The notes beneath the pieces are model-generated. The model was not told the origin of the DNA. It saw nothing but the letters and a program-made list of their open reading frames with translations, and ran no database searches. 64,000 bases of DNA, taken from contig QHBU01000256.1 of the NCBI GenBank assembly GCA_003244045.1, forward strand, positions 9,892-73,891, written 5' to 3'. This stretch comes from Candidatus Aeolococcus gillhamiae. Its GTDB lineage: Bacteria; Chloroflexota; Dormibacteria; Aeolococcales; Aeolococcaceae. Positions 37,885-51,622 of this stretch are shown piece after piece (the stretch's first letter is position 1; each line of letters opens with the position of its first letter). The position numbers and the translations under genes were made by a program.

Positions 37885-40275
37885 TCAACTGGCTTTGTCC
37901 GCGCTGTCCTCGCGGCGCTCGACTGCCAGCGGCCAGTGCAAGGTGAAGCAGGTCCCGTTCCCCGGCGTGCTGGTCACCGACACCTCGGCGTCATGAGCCT
38001 CGCTGAGGCGCCGGACCAGGGCCAGCCCCATGCCCATGCCGCCGTAACGGCGGGTGCGCGAGCCGTCCACCTGGCGGAGATGGTCGAAGACGGTGGGCAG
38101 CTCGCGCTCGTCGATGCCGATACCATCGTCGGCGACGTCCACGCGGCAGCTGGTTCCCACCTGCCGCGTGGTCACCGAGACGTGGCCGTCCGCGGGCGTG
38201 AACTTGATCGCGTTGTCGAGCAGCGCGCGCATCACCTGCTCGAACCTCTCGCGGTCGGCAACGATGAACGTGTTCGGTGCAAGGTTGAGGGCGAGCTCGA
38301 TGGGGAGGCCCTCCCTGAAGTTTTTGCGAAGCTGCGCTGCGGTGACGTTGATGACGGCGGCGGCGTCGACGTGTTCCGTGCGCAGCGTGACCGCCTCCGA
38401 GTTGAGTAGCGAGAACACAACGATGTTCTCGACGATGTCGCCGAGCAGGCGCGCCGAGATCTCCATATCGCGAACCAGCTCGAGCTTGGTCGGCTCGTCG
38501 AGCTGCTGCCATGCCGCCGTGATCAGCTCGATCTCTCCCTTGATGGCGAGAACGGGCGTGCGCAGCTCGTGCTGCGTGGTGGTGAGGAAGTTGGTCTTGA
38601 GGATGTCGAGCTCACGGAGACGCTGCACGGTGTGACGCTCCTGCTCGTAGAGGCGCGTGTTCTCAGTGGCCACGCTGGCGTTGTTGGCGAGCGCGGCGAG
38701 CGCACGCTCATCGCTTTCGGAGAGGGGGTCGAACGACCAGACGGCGAGCGCCCCGACCACCTCGGCGTGGTACATCATCGGCACTGCGAGGAGGCCCGGT
38801 GACACATCGCCCGCATCGCGGCGGATGTGCTCGCCACGCGCCAACCCGGCCACCTCCTCGGTATCGAACGCGGCGAGCACGCTCAGCGAGGCGCCGGCAG
38901 CTGCCTCCAGCGAACCATCGTCGATCGTGAACAGCGCAGCGCGCGCTTCGCCACCTCCGATGGCGCTCGCCGCGGCGAGCACGCTGCGCTGCAGCGCCTC
39001 CACGCCCTCGCCGGTTGCGGTCAGCGCGTGGGAGACGCTCTCGAGGCGCTCGATGGAACTGTCGAGGTGGCCGATGTAGCCGGCGATCTGGTTGCGCATC
39101 TGATTGACGCTCCGTGCCAGCCGGCCCAGCTCGTCGTTGCTGGTCACCGGGACGTCAGAGCTCAGGTCGCCCCCGGCGATCCGGCGCACGCCGCGCTCCA
39201 GCCGCGCGATCGGGCGCACCACGAACCGCGACGCGAAGGCCGCGATGATGAGGAACACCAGCACGATGGCGGTGACCCCGATCAGCAGGATGGTGCGTTC
39301 GTCGGCGCCGGTCTGCCCCGCGAACACAGCGGTGGGAACCTCGACGCCGAGGTAGCCGGGGACACTGCCGTCAGGGGCCGTGACCGCGATGTACGAGGTG
39401 GCGACGCTGCCGCCCGGCCCGGACAGGTACTTGGCGGAGAACGAGGCGGGATGATGGGCCAGCACCGACGTCCATAGCGGGTCCGCCGTTCCCTGGGCCG
39501 GTGAGTAGTTCTGCGCCGGGTCGAAGCGAAAGAGCATCGGCGAGTTGCCGTTGGTGAGCAGCGCGGGTGTGTACAGAAGGGCCGAACCGAACCGCGCGAA
39601 CTGCGCCTGCAGGGTTGTGCTGTACACGACCACGCCGATGAAATGGTGAGCGCTGTCCCTGACCACGACGGCGGCGTCGAACGCCGGCAGGGTGTTGCCG
39701 ATCAGCTCCACGCCCTCGTATCCGGGCGGGCACTCCTTGCCGGCCAGCCGGTTGGCGGCCGCGCTGCCCTCGCACTGCACGAGCCGGCCCTCGGCGATGG
39801 CCAGGGCCACCGACGCTGTTGCCGTGCCGAGGTGGGGGCCTGCCTGGGACTCGCACGACCCCACCGTCTGTCCGGCTCCGCACTCGTCGGTGTAGACGGG
39901 GGAGCCACCACTGTCGAGGACGGCGACCCGGCTGCCTGGAGACGATGCGCCGCCGAGACCGGATCCGAAGAGCGTGGCCAGCGCAGCGGCACGCGCCGTG
40001 GCGTCCGAGGTCGCCAGCGCCTTCTGCAGGGCGGCTGAGCGGGCCACGGCGGTGGCCGCGAACTGGGTCTGCGGTTGGGTGACGTGCACCAGGAGCTGGT
40101 AGCCGGTGGCCGAGCGGTTGCTCGCCTCGGACTGCACCGCCTGGTCGGTCTGCAGCGCGCGGCTGACCAGCAGGAAGCCGGACACGGTCGCCACCAGCGC
40201 CACTGTGATCACCAGTCCGCCGATGAGCAGCCGGGTTGTCAGGGTGCTCCGCCACCCCTGGCCGGTCGCCGCCAT
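37885..40275 (-). CDS. Membrane sensor histidine kinase (extracellular domain, HAMP, GAF, HisKA, HATPase)
   Basis: Two TM helices, NDELGRL HAMP, HELRTP, LLDNAIKF, DDGIGI, GMGMGL. Confidence 0.92.
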   Translation of the reverse strand: MAATGQGWRSTLTTRLLIGGLVITVALVATVSGFLLVSRALQTDQAVQSEASNRSATGYQLLVHVTQPQTQFAATAVARSAALQKALATSDATARAAALATLFGSGLGGASSPGSRVAVLDSGGSPVYTDECGAGQTVGSCESQAGPHLGTATASVALAIAEGRLVQCEGSAAANRLAGKECPPGYEGVELIGNTLPAFDAAVVVRDSAHHFIGVVVYSTTLQAQFARFGSALLYTPALLTNGNSPMLFRFDPAQNYSPAQGTADPLWTSVLAHHPASFSAKYLSGPGGSVATSYIAVTAPDGSVPGYLGVEVPTAVFAGQTGADERTILLIGVTAIVLVFLIIAAFASRFVVRPIARLERGVRRIAGGDLSSDVPVTSNDELGRLARSVNQMRNQIAGYIGHLDSSIERLESVSHALTATGEGVEALQRSVLAAASAIGGGEARAALFTIDDGSLEAAAGASLSVLAAFDTEEVAGLARGEHIRRDAGDVSPGLLAVPMMYHAEVVGALAVWSFDPLSESDERALAALANNASVATENTRLYEQERHTVQRLRELDILKTNFLTTTQHELRTPVLAIKGEIELITAAWQQLDEPTKLELVRDMEISARLLGDIVENIVVFSLLNSEAVTLRTEHVDAAAVINVTAAQLRKNFREGLPIELALNLAPNTFIVADRERFEQVMRALLDNAIKFTPADGHVSVTTRQVGTSCRVDVADDGIGIDERELPTVFDHLRQVDGSRTRRYGGMGMGLALVRRLSEAHDAEVSVTSTPGNGTCFTLHWPLAVERREDSADKAS

Positions 40276-40295
40276 GACCACACCCGCCGGGCGGG

Positions 40296-40916
40296 TCAGT
40301 CCTCCGGCGAGGCGAGCCGCCGGCGAAGTGCCATCCGCGCGATCACGGCGAGCGCGACCACGTCCACCGCCAGGAGCAGCGGCCAGATGAAGAGCCCGCT
40401 CCCGAATCTGATGCCACTCAGCGGTCCCAGCCTCTCGACCGGAAGCACGCGGGCGGCGTCGGTGGCGAACACCGCCTGAGCCGAGAAGGGTGCGGGGTCG
40501 GAGCTGTCGACCACGACCTTGGCGGTCGGGACGGGCGCGGCAGGTGTGGCCAGGCCCCGTGCGTGATGCGAGGTGGCCGGCTTGGCCGCCGGCGTGGGGT
40601 GCAAGGCCGGCTTGTGCGTCACGGCCGGGGCGGGCTTGGGCTTGCTTTTGTCCAGCTCGGCTATGAGCTTGGCGAGCGCGGCGGACACCCACGCGGGCGG
40701 CGTGTGGCTCGCGCTGTCGCCGTTGTTGTCGCCGCTGCTCTTCCCGTCGCTGGTGCCGTCCCCGCTCCCGTGGTCGGCCAGCACGATGGCCGGCGCCGAA
40801 CCCGGAGCGACGACCGCGGCTGCGACCAGGGCACCGGTGGACGAGAGCGCGAGCAGGCAGGCGGCTACGGCGGCGGCGCTTCGCAGCCACAGTCCGCGCA
40901 GTCCTCGAGAGGGCAT
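40296..40916 (-). CDS. Hypothetical secreted protein with C-terminal membrane anchor
   Basis: Signal-like N-terminus, low-complexity Pro/Ala middle, C-terminal TM + RRR. Confidence 0.6.
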   Translation of the reverse strand: MPSRGLRGLWLRSAAAVAACLLALSSTGALVAAAVVAPGSAPAIVLADHGSGDGTSDGKSSGDNNGDSASHTPPAWVSAALAKLIAELDKSKPKPAPAVTHKPALHPTPAAKPATSHHARGLATPAAPVPTAKVVVDSSDPAPFSAQAVFATDAARVLPVERLGPLSGIRFGSGLFIWPLLLAVDVVALAVIARMALRRRLASPED

Positions 40917-41042
40917 GCGGTCAGCCTACGGATGGGGTCGCGGCGCGGGTCAGAGGACCCGTTCGCAAAGCCATCACGGCTGTGTATCGCCGACCACCAC
41001 ACGGATACCCCCCGTGTGGCCATGGCCCCGTACTCTTAGCCC

Positions 41043-41594
41043 ATGTCCACACGGATGCGCCGGAGCGAGCTTGACCTGCCCAGGCGGCGTGGAGTCGCGG
41101 CCCAGCTGCGCCGCTGGACCATCCCCGCCATCGGGGCGGTGACGCCGGTCGGACTGATCATCGTCAACATCGCGGCCTTCATCGTGCACAACCTCGCGCA
41201 GTTCCGCCTCGGGATCAGCGTGCTCGCGTTTGTCAGCGGTCTGATGCTGAACTCCTGGACCGCGTTGAAGATCTACCGCGTCGCCAAGATCCGCTTCCCG
41301 CACTTCGGCCCTCTCGAGGAGAGCAACCAGGAGGTCGTCCTGATGATCGGGATGGCCCTGATCATCGGGATCTCCTTCGTCGAGGCGCTCTTTTGCTATC
41401 AGGGCCTCAGTAACGAGGCCAACCTGCCCAACGCCCCGACCTTCATCCTGGGAGTCGTGGCCATCGCCATCCCCATCCTCCTCCAGGGTCTGTTCGGCCG
41501 CCTGCTCGGTGAGCGCAGCGACAGCGCGGACGAGCGCGTCGACGGCTACCCGCTGCCGCCTCCGCCGGGACCCGGCGAGACCTGGAGGCCGTAG
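41043..41594 (+). CDS. Hypothetical membrane protein (about 4 TM)
   Basis: Hydrophobic helices; coupled to downstream gene. Confidence 0.7.
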   Translation: MSTRMRRSELDLPRRRGVAAQLRRWTIPAIGAVTPVGLIIVNIAAFIVHNLAQFRLGISVLAFVSGLMLNSWTALKIYRVAKIRFPHFGPLEESNQEVVLMIGMALIIGISFVEALFCYQGLSNEANLPNAPTFILGVVAIAIPILLQGLFGRLLGERSDSADERVDGYPLPPPPGPGETWRP

Positions 41595-42538
41595 TGACGA
41601 CCACATACCTGCTCGTGCATCACGCCCTGCTGCTCCGCGCCGGCGGCGGCCAGAGCTTTGGTGGCGGTGGTGGAGGCTTCGGCGGCGGGGGCGGCTACAG
41701 CGGCGGCGGTTACTACGGCGGCGGTGGCTACTACGGGGGTGGTGGGCTCGGCTCGCTGGGCCTGCTGTCACTGCTGTTCTTCGGCGGGGGGCCGATCTTC
41801 TTCATCTTCCTGCTGCTCGCCGCATTCAACGCGTGGCGTCGCATGTCATACCGGGGCCCGCAGGGAGTGACCGGCGGGGGAGGGGGCTACATCCCGCGCT
41901 ACGGTGACCAGCGGCCGATGGGCGTGCCCAGCGGTTTTCCAATCGGCGGCCAGCAGGAGCCATCCTCCGTTGACAGCGTGGCGTCGGGCCTCGCCGCGAT
42001 CAAAGCGCACGACCCGCAGTTCGATGAGACGGAGTTCATCAACCAGGCGCAGCGCGAGTTCTTCATCGTGGAGAAGGCCTGGAGCGACTGCAAACCGGAG
42101 GAGAGCCGCCGGGTCATGTCCGACACGCTCTGGGACCAGCACCGCGCCCAGATCGAGCAGTACGTCGCCAAGGGCCAGCGCAACGTGCTCGACAACCTTG
42201 CGCTCGCCGGCGCCACCATCGTCAGCGCCGGCGGTGGCCCGCAGAAGGACCACATCCAGCTGCGCATGCACGCCGCGTGTGCGGACTACGACGTCGACGT
42301 GGCTACCAACAAGGTCGTCCGCGGTGACCGCTCCGTCGGGGAGTGGTCCGAGGACTGGCTATTCGAGCGTTCCTCGAAGGCGACCACCCGCGCCGACGGG
42401 GGAACCATGGCGCAACACTGTCCCAATTGCGGCGCCCCGCTCGACGTCGACCTCAGCGGGGTCTGTTCGTACTGCAAGGCGCCGGTGATGAGCGGCGACT
42501 ACGACTGGGTGCTGGCCCGCATCGACCAAGTGCAATAA
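41594..42538 (+). CDS. Tim44-like domain protein with Gly-rich N-terminus and C-terminal zinc ribbon
   Basis: RAGGGQSFGGG, DPQFDETEF, WSEDWLFERS, CPNCGAP...CSYC. Confidence 0.8.
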   Translation: MTTTYLLVHHALLLRAGGGQSFGGGGGGFGGGGGYSGGGYYGGGGYYGGGGLGSLGLLSLLFFGGGPIFFIFLLLAAFNAWRRMSYRGPQGVTGGGGGYIPRYGDQRPMGVPSGFPIGGQQEPSSVDSVASGLAAIKAHDPQFDETEFINQAQREFFIVEKAWSDCKPEESRRVMSDTLWDQHRAQIEQYVAKGQRNVLDNLALAGATIVSAGGGPQKDHIQLRMHAACADYDVDVATNKVVRGDRSVGEWSEDWLFERSSKATTRADGGTMAQHCPNCGAPLDVDLSGVCSYCKAPVMSGDYDWVLARIDQVQ

Positions 42539-42544
42539 CCCGCG

Positions 42545-44515
<1,971 letters not shown>

Positions 44516-44528
44516 CAGGTTGGTCTCC

Positions 44529-45140
44529 TCAGGTTGGCAGCACGCGCCTCTTGAAGTTGGCGTTGGTCACGTCCGCGAACGAGGCGTACACGGCCGCCGC
44601 CGCGGTCGCGATACCGACATAGCCGCCGACGTTGTGAATGGTCGTGCTCGCCGCGTAGTCACCGATGGCGAGCACGACGAACGTGATCGTGAGCAGGAAG
44701 AAGACAAGTTGCACCGCCCGCGCGCCGGCCAGGGAGGCAAGGAACATGTACGCGGTGAAGATGCCCCAGGCGAGCAGGTACGTGGCCACGAACGTGCTGA
44801 TATCGGTGGGTGTGGCGGTCTTCATCTGCGGGATGAAGACGTTGACCAGGAGAAAGAAGCTGAACCAGAAGGCTCCGTACGCGGTGAACGCGGTGGCGGC
44901 GAAGGTGTTGCCCCGCTTGAATGCCCACATGCCCGCGAGGAGTTGAGCCAGACCGCCGAAGGTGAGCGCCAGCGCCATCACGCCGGCGGTGACCGTGGCG
45001 TGCAGGATGCCGGCGTTGATCAGAGAGAGCAGCAGCGTGGTGATCCCGAAGCCCGCCAGGCCAAGCGGAGCTGGGTCCCCGACCAGCGGCGCCGCCTGCT
45101 CCGGGGTCCTCAGCGCCGTGTCCTCGAATGCTCGCGCCAT
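44529..45140 (-). CDS. satP: Acetate uptake transporter (SatP/YaaH/GPR1-FUN34 family)
   Basis: DPAPLGLAGF, GGLAQLLAG, YGAFW; RBS GGAGAGGAGG; operon with acs. Confidence 0.88.
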   Translation of the reverse strand: MARAFEDTALRTPEQAAPLVGDPAPLGLAGFGITTLLLSLINAGILHATVTAGVMALALTFGGLAQLLAGMWAFKRGNTFAATAFTAYGAFWFSFFLLVNVFIPQMKTATPTDISTFVATYLLAWGIFTAYMFLASLAGARAVQLVFFLLTITFVVLAIGDYAASTTIHNVGGYVGIATAAAAVYASFADVTNANFKRRVLPT

Positions 45141-45275
45141 GGTCGGTGCCCTCCTCTCCATATGAAGCCCCCTCCGGAAGCCCTCCGGGGATGGCAAGGC
45201 CACAGGATCATGCGCCGTCGCCTTGGTCATATATAAGGGGGGTGAATTGGTCGGTCGAGCAACCAAATCGCCTTG

Positions 45276-45313
45276 AAACAGAAGAGCCCGGCACCTGCTG
45301 GTGCCGGGCCTTC
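45276..45313 (-). terminator. Rho-independent terminator of dnaK
   Basis: GCCCGGCACC-AGCA-GGTGCCGGGC followed by TCTTCTGTTT on minus strand. Confidence 0.75.
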
Positions 45314-45323
45314 AGCGGGAGGT

Positions 45324-47228
<1,905 letters not shown>

Positions 47229-47368
47229 GGGGTTGAACCCTCCCGGGTAAATGCGAATCGAGGAAATTCGAAGTGTTGAACTGACGCTTCTGCGCCGCTC
47301 CTGGTGGGATACCTCGCGCCACCGTGATGCTAAACGTCCGACGCCGGCGATGGCGGTACCCTGCTTCC

Positions 47369-47731
47369 GTGCATGAGGGCGACGGCCACGACACGGCCGC
47401 GCAGCTGCGCAGGCTGCGCGAGCGGGCCGACGAGGATTTCGATAGCCCGCCCGGCATCAAGCTGCCCGGCCGGCACCAGATCGACCTTGCCGAACTGGGC
47501 CTGAGGGTCGCCGTGACCCGAGCGCGGTACCCCAACCGCGACGACGGCGTCGACCAGTACGCGGTCACCCTGACCCGCTCAGGCCTCGACCAGCGTCCTG
47601 CCGACAGCGAGGTGTCCCTGGTCCTCGAGACCGCCTTCGGAGCGTCCGCGGGCGACGCCGTCGAGCGGACCGGCGGAGGCCCGCTGGTGCGCATGTTCCG
47701 GGTGCCCGCGGCCGCGGCTCAGCCGAGGTAG
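47369..47731 (+). CDS. Hypothetical protein
   Basis: ORF with host-like codon usage between dnaK and pcm. Confidence 0.6.
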   Translation: MHEGDGHDTAAQLRRLRERADEDFDSPPGIKLPGRHQIDLAELGLRVAVTRARYPNRDDGVDQYAVTLTRSGLDQRPADSEVSLVLETAFGASAGDAVERTGGGPLVRMFRVPAAAAQPR

Positions 47732-48354
47732 GCGTCGCCCCCGATGAGGGGGACGAAGCGGCACGGCCCGAGGTTGTCGGTGACCCAGCGGCCATCCAGC
47801 AACCGGAGGCGCACGAGCTCGTCCATCTGCTCGCCCTCGCGATGCAGCGGGATCACCAGGCGGCCCCGCTCGCTGAGCTGGCGGGGCAGCGCCGGGGGCA
47901 GCCACGGCGCGGTGGCGGCGACGGCGATGGCGTCGAACGGCGCCAGGTCGGGCAGGCCCAGGGTGCCGTCACCCACGTGGACCGGGATGTCATAGCCGGC
48001 CGCCGTCAGGCGCTGTCGTGCCGACTCGGCCAGCTGGGTCAGGCGCTCGATGCCGACGACCTCCGCGCCGCACGCGGCCAGCACCGCGGCCTGGTATCCC
48101 GATCCCGTGCCCACGTCCAGGACCCGATCCCCTGCCTGGATGTCGAGTGCCTGGACGACCACGGCAACCATGAGCGGCTGGGAGATCGTCTGGCCGCAGT
48201 CGATGGCCAGCGCCCGGTCGGCGTAGGCCTCGCCCCGCTGCCCGGGCGGCACGAACTGCTCGCGCGGGACAGAGGCCATCGCGTCGAGGACGCGAGCATC
48301 GCGGATGCCCCCGCGACGCAGGGTGTTGAGCATCCCGATCACGTCACCATGCAT
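47719..48354 (-). CDS. pcm: Protein-L-isoaspartate O-methyltransferase
   Basis: VPREQFV, GQTISQP, VLDVGTGSGYQAA, CRFVPL. Confidence 0.93.
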   Translation of the reverse strand: MHGDVIGMLNTLRRGGIRDARVLDAMASVPREQFVPPGQRGEAYADRALAIDCGQTISQPLMVAVVVQALDIQAGDRVLDVGTGSGYQAAVLAACGAEVVGIERLTQLAESARQRLTAAGYDIPVHVGDGTLGLPDLAPFDAIAVAATAPWLPPALPRQLSERGRLVIPLHREGEQMDELVRLRLLDGRWVTDNLGPCRFVPLIGGDAYLG

Positions 48355-48393
48355 CCGTCCGGTGTAGCAGATGTCTGCCGCCGGCACGCTCCG

Positions 48394-48816
48394 TCAGGCC
48401 TGCGGTTCGAGCACCAGGTCCTCTGGCGGCGTCGGCGGCACCTTCCAGACCAGGAACCCCTTGTTCCAGCGGCGGTGGTATTCGTTGGCCGCATCGACCG
48501 CCTCGTGGAACGCTCGCTCGAACGCGGCCAGGTCGCCGCCCTCGCAGGCCGCCAAGAGGGGAGCCAGGTCCTCATCGATGAAGGTCTCGACGTTGGCCTC
48601 GTACTTGGGCCGGGTGACGTTGCCGAGCCGGAAGAGCTTGCGCATCTCCTTGAGCTGCCAGGTGGCCAGCGGCCAGTTCTGGGCGCGGCCCGCGTGGTAC
48701 GCCTTCCACATCCGCACCCCGATGTCGGGCATGAGCCGGGCCAGGCCTGGCTGCAGGCCGGTCAGCGCCTCGAGCTCGAGGCGCTCGGGGTTCTTGGGTT
48801 GGGGCGTCTCGCTCAC
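48394..48816 (-). CDS. Helical hypothetical protein resembling a cytochrome c'-like family but lacking CxxCH
   Basis: LMPDIGVRMWKAYHAG..QNWPLA...AF...AANEYH...FLVWKVP; RBS AAGGAG. Confidence 0.6.
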   Translation of the reverse strand: MSETPQPKNPERLELEALTGLQPGLARLMPDIGVRMWKAYHAGRAQNWPLATWQLKEMRKLFRLGNVTRPKYEANVETFIDEDLAPLLAACEGGDLAAFERAFHEAVDAANEYHRRWNKGFLVWKVPPTPPEDLVLEPQA

Positions 48817-48913
48817 CGGTGGCTCCTTGTAGTGGATCGCGCGGCGAGTGTAGCGACGCCGCCCGCCCCGGCCGGGATGTGACGAATCGCGCGCAGGGAC
48901 GTTTGTGCAGTCG

Positions 48914-49447
48914 ATGATCGCCGCCATGACCGGCGCACGGCTGGACGACGCGGTGAGGCCCTTCGACGAGGTGTATCGCGACCATGCCGACGCCGTCTAC
49001 CGCTTCTGCCTGTCCCAGCTCCGTGACCCCGACGTGGCCGAGGACGTCACCGGCGACGTGTTCGCCGCAGCCTTTGCGGCGTACGGCCGCGTCCGCCCTG
49101 ACGCCGTCGGCGTGCGCACCTGGCTGTTCCGGATCGCTCGCAACGCCGTGATCGACCAGTACCGGCGTGACGGCCGGCGACGCTCGCTGCTCGCGCGCCT
49201 CGGTCGGGATCGTGAGTTTCCCGACAGCGTCGAGGAGAACGTCCAGCAGCGCTTCGACCTCGCCTCCATCTGCACGGCGATGGAGACGCTGCGCGAACGC
49301 GACCGCCAGCTGGTCGGGCTCCGCGTCGCCGGAGGCTTGACCTTTGCCGAGGTCGGCCAGGTGCTGGGGATGCGCGAGAGCGCCGCCAAGATGGCCACCC
49401 ACCGCGCACTCGAGCGGGTTCGCTCGCGGCTTCGGGAGATGGCATGA
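48914..49447 (+). CDS. ECF RNA polymerase sigma factor
   Basis: AEDVTGDVF, WLFRIARN, LTFAEVGQVLG region 2/4 motifs. Confidence 0.92.
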   Translation: MIAAMTGARLDDAVRPFDEVYRDHADAVYRFCLSQLRDPDVAEDVTGDVFAAAFAAYGRVRPDAVGVRTWLFRIARNAVIDQYRRDGRRRSLLARLGRDREFPDSVEENVQQRFDLASICTAMETLRERDRQLVGLRVAGGLTFAEVGQVLGMRESAAKMATHRALERVRSRLREMA

Positions 49448-51072
49448 CCGAGGACGATCGCGACCTCTCAGCGGCCTTCGATGAGCTCAAGGCGCCCCCG
49501 TCGACAGCCAGCTACGCGACCCGGACATCGGGGCTCGACGGCCGTGCCCGCACGTCGCACTGGCCGCAGGCCCTCGCCGGGGCCCTGGTGGTGGCGGTGG
49601 CCCTTGCCGGGGCCGGGACCTTCCTGGCGTTGCGCACCGCTCGCCACGGCGACGCGCCGTCCAGCTCCGCAGGCGGACCGCCGGCGCGGTCGAACGCGGC
49701 GATGGCCTACGACTCGGCCGCCGGGGTCACTGTGATGTTCGGTGGCACCGACGCCTCAGGCAAGGCACTGACCGACGCCTGGACCTGGGACGGCTCCTCC
49801 TGGAAGGCGGCTGCGCGCGGCCCGGGGCCGTTGGTAGACGTCCGGATGGTCGACGACCCCGCCGACGCCGGCGTGCTCCTGCTCGGCGTCCCTGCCGCTC
49901 CGGTCAGCAGCAGTGGCGGGAGTGTCAGCAGCAGTGGCTGCGTGGGCAGCGGCACGGCTACGCCCGGCTCGGTGTCGGGGGGCACCCCGAACGCCGCCAC
50001 GGTGACAGCGGCGCCGGCGATCGCCCCGGCGCCGTCGAACGCCACGCCGCCTACCGGGGTTCCCGTCTCGGGGCCGGCGCTCTCCTGCCCTCCGGTTCCC
50101 CTGCCGGTGGTGCCCGCTGCGCAGACGTGGTTGTTCAGTGACGGCGCATGGTCCGGCGCCTCAGGGAACGCGGACACCACACCTCCCGCCGGCGCGCAGC
50201 TTGCGTTCGACACCGCGACGCACCAGGTAGTGGCGGTGTCGGCAGGCTTCTCCCGGTGCGGCCCTCGGATGCTGTCGCCGGTCGCGAACGGTGGCGCCAT
50301 CGCCTGCCCGCTGGCGGCGTCGAGCAGCAAGCCCGCGATCGCTCCCGATCCGCTCTGCCTGCCCACGTGTGCGGGCAGCAATGTCATCGTCACGTGGACG
50401 TGGTCTCGCGGCTTCTGGATGAAGCGACCGGCCAGCGTGCAAGCCGGGCCGTTCACGTTTCTCTTCAGTGACCCGGGGAGCCAGCACGCCACCCTGATGA
50501 CGCAGTCAGACAACGGCCTCTACAGCCCGTCGTGTCCCGCGACTGCGTCCTGTCCGCGGGCGCCGTCCCAGTTCGTCATCACCTCGACGTGGACCGGATC
50601 CGATTGGCAGCAGAAGTCGCAGCTCGACAATGTGGCGGCGCCGCCGACCTTTGCCGGTGGCACCGTCGCGGCTGTCGAAGGTCAGATTGTCGTGCTCACC
50701 AACTCTGGAGAGACCTGGCATTGGCGCCAGGGCCATTGGGTCAATGAGACGGCCACCACACCGTTCGTGGCCCATCCCAACCAGCGGACCGGCGCGGCGA
50801 TGTCCGAAGGCCCCGGCGCAACGGTGGTGTTGTTCGGCGGCGAGGTTCTGTACGGATTCCATGGCGCCTCTTCACCGGCGACGGTGGGCGCCGATACGTG
50901 GGTCTGGGACGCCAAGTTGTGGCGGCACGCGGGCGGGGGGCCGCTGCCGGCGCCGCCATCGGCGGTTCCGTGCCCGGCGCAGAAGAACGGCGTCATCCCC
51001 CCCTGCGTCCAACCGGAGCCCGCCGTGGTGTCACCTGGCTCCGCACCGGCGGCGCCCCCGGCCATTCCGTAG
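49444..51072 (+). CDS. Putative anti-sigma factor with extracellular Kelch-like beta-propeller
   Basis: Single TM, repeated AMAYD..VMFGG...TWTWDG motifs; overlaps sigma stop by 4 nt. Confidence 0.65.
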   Translation: MTEDDRDLSAAFDELKAPPSTASYATRTSGLDGRARTSHWPQALAGALVVAVALAGAGTFLALRTARHGDAPSSSAGGPPARSNAAMAYDSAAGVTVMFGGTDASGKALTDAWTWDGSSWKAAARGPGPLVDVRMVDDPADAGVLLLGVPAAPVSSSGGSVSSSGCVGSGTATPGSVSGGTPNAATVTAAPAIAPAPSNATPPTGVPVSGPALSCPPVPLPVVPAAQTWLFSDGAWSGASGNADTTPPAGAQLAFDTATHQVVAVSAGFSRCGPRMLSPVANGGAIACPLAASSSKPAIAPDPLCLPTCAGSNVIVTWTWSRGFWMKRPASVQAGPFTFLFSDPGSQHATLMTQSDNGLYSPSCPATASCPRAPSQFVITSTWTGSDWQQKSQLDNVAAPPTFAGGTVAAVEGQIVVLTNSGETWHWRQGHWVNETATTPFVAHPNQRTGAAMSEGPGATVVLFGGEVLYGFHGASSPATVGADTWVWDAKLWRHAGGGPLPAPPSAVPCPAQKNGVIPPCVQPEPAVVSPGSAPAAPPAIP

Positions 51073-51110
51073 CAGACGGCGCCCACGTACGGCGCGGTCA
51101 CAATCCGCGC

Positions 51111-51584
51111 GTGGCAGACGAGATCCGCATCGAGGAGATGTCAGGGCAGGACGCTGAGATCGCCGAGATGCTCATCGACCTGACGCTGGCCGAGCAGGAC
51201 CATTACGACCACCCCCGCGAGACACGCGACGAGGTGGAGCGCCGCCTGCGCGTCGCACCGACGTTCACCGGCGAGAACCACCTGATGGTGGCGCGCGACG
51301 GCCGCGGCCACGCAATCGGCGTGTGCTGGGTGGTGCTGTTCGATCCTGGGACGGGGCTCGAGGCCGAGCTTGCCGAGCTCTACGTCCGCCCCGAGGTCCG
51401 TGGCGGCGGTGTGGCCCGCAGCCTCGTCGCCGAGGCGGTCGCGTTCCTGCGCCGGCGCAACGTGAGCTTCGCGTCCGTGTGGACACGCGGCGACAACGAC
51501 GCTGCGCTCGCCGCCTACCGCGCCGCCGGCTTCGCGCCCACCGAGCAGGCGGTGCTCACCTGGCTGCCCCTGCCCGATCGCTGA
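51111..51584 (+). CDS. GNAT family N-acetyltransferase
   Basis: LYVRPEVRGGGVARSL, N..ALAAYRAAGF. Confidence 0.85.
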   Translation: MADEIRIEEMSGQDAEIAEMLIDLTLAEQDHYDHPRETRDEVERRLRVAPTFTGENHLMVARDGRGHAIGVCWVVLFDPGTGLEAELAELYVRPEVRGGGVARSLVAEAVAFLRRRNVSFASVWTRGDNDAALAAYRAAGFAPTEQAVLTWLPLPDR

Positions 51585-51622
51585 GCGCGCGAGGTCGCCC
51601 GTGGGTCGCGAATAATGTGGCG

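Noticed and set aside
41640-41750. GGCGGC-rich tandem repeats
   Set aside because: Encode the Gly/Tyr-rich region of the Tim44-like protein; not an independent repeat element
45246-45268. TTGGT-N10-ACCAA inverted repeat upstream of satP-acs
   Set aside because: Could be an operator, but it is too short and no cognate regulator is nearby
47320-47335. TGCTAA half-site upstream of dnaK
   Set aside because: No matching TTAGCACTC half at 9-nt spacing, so not a CIRCE
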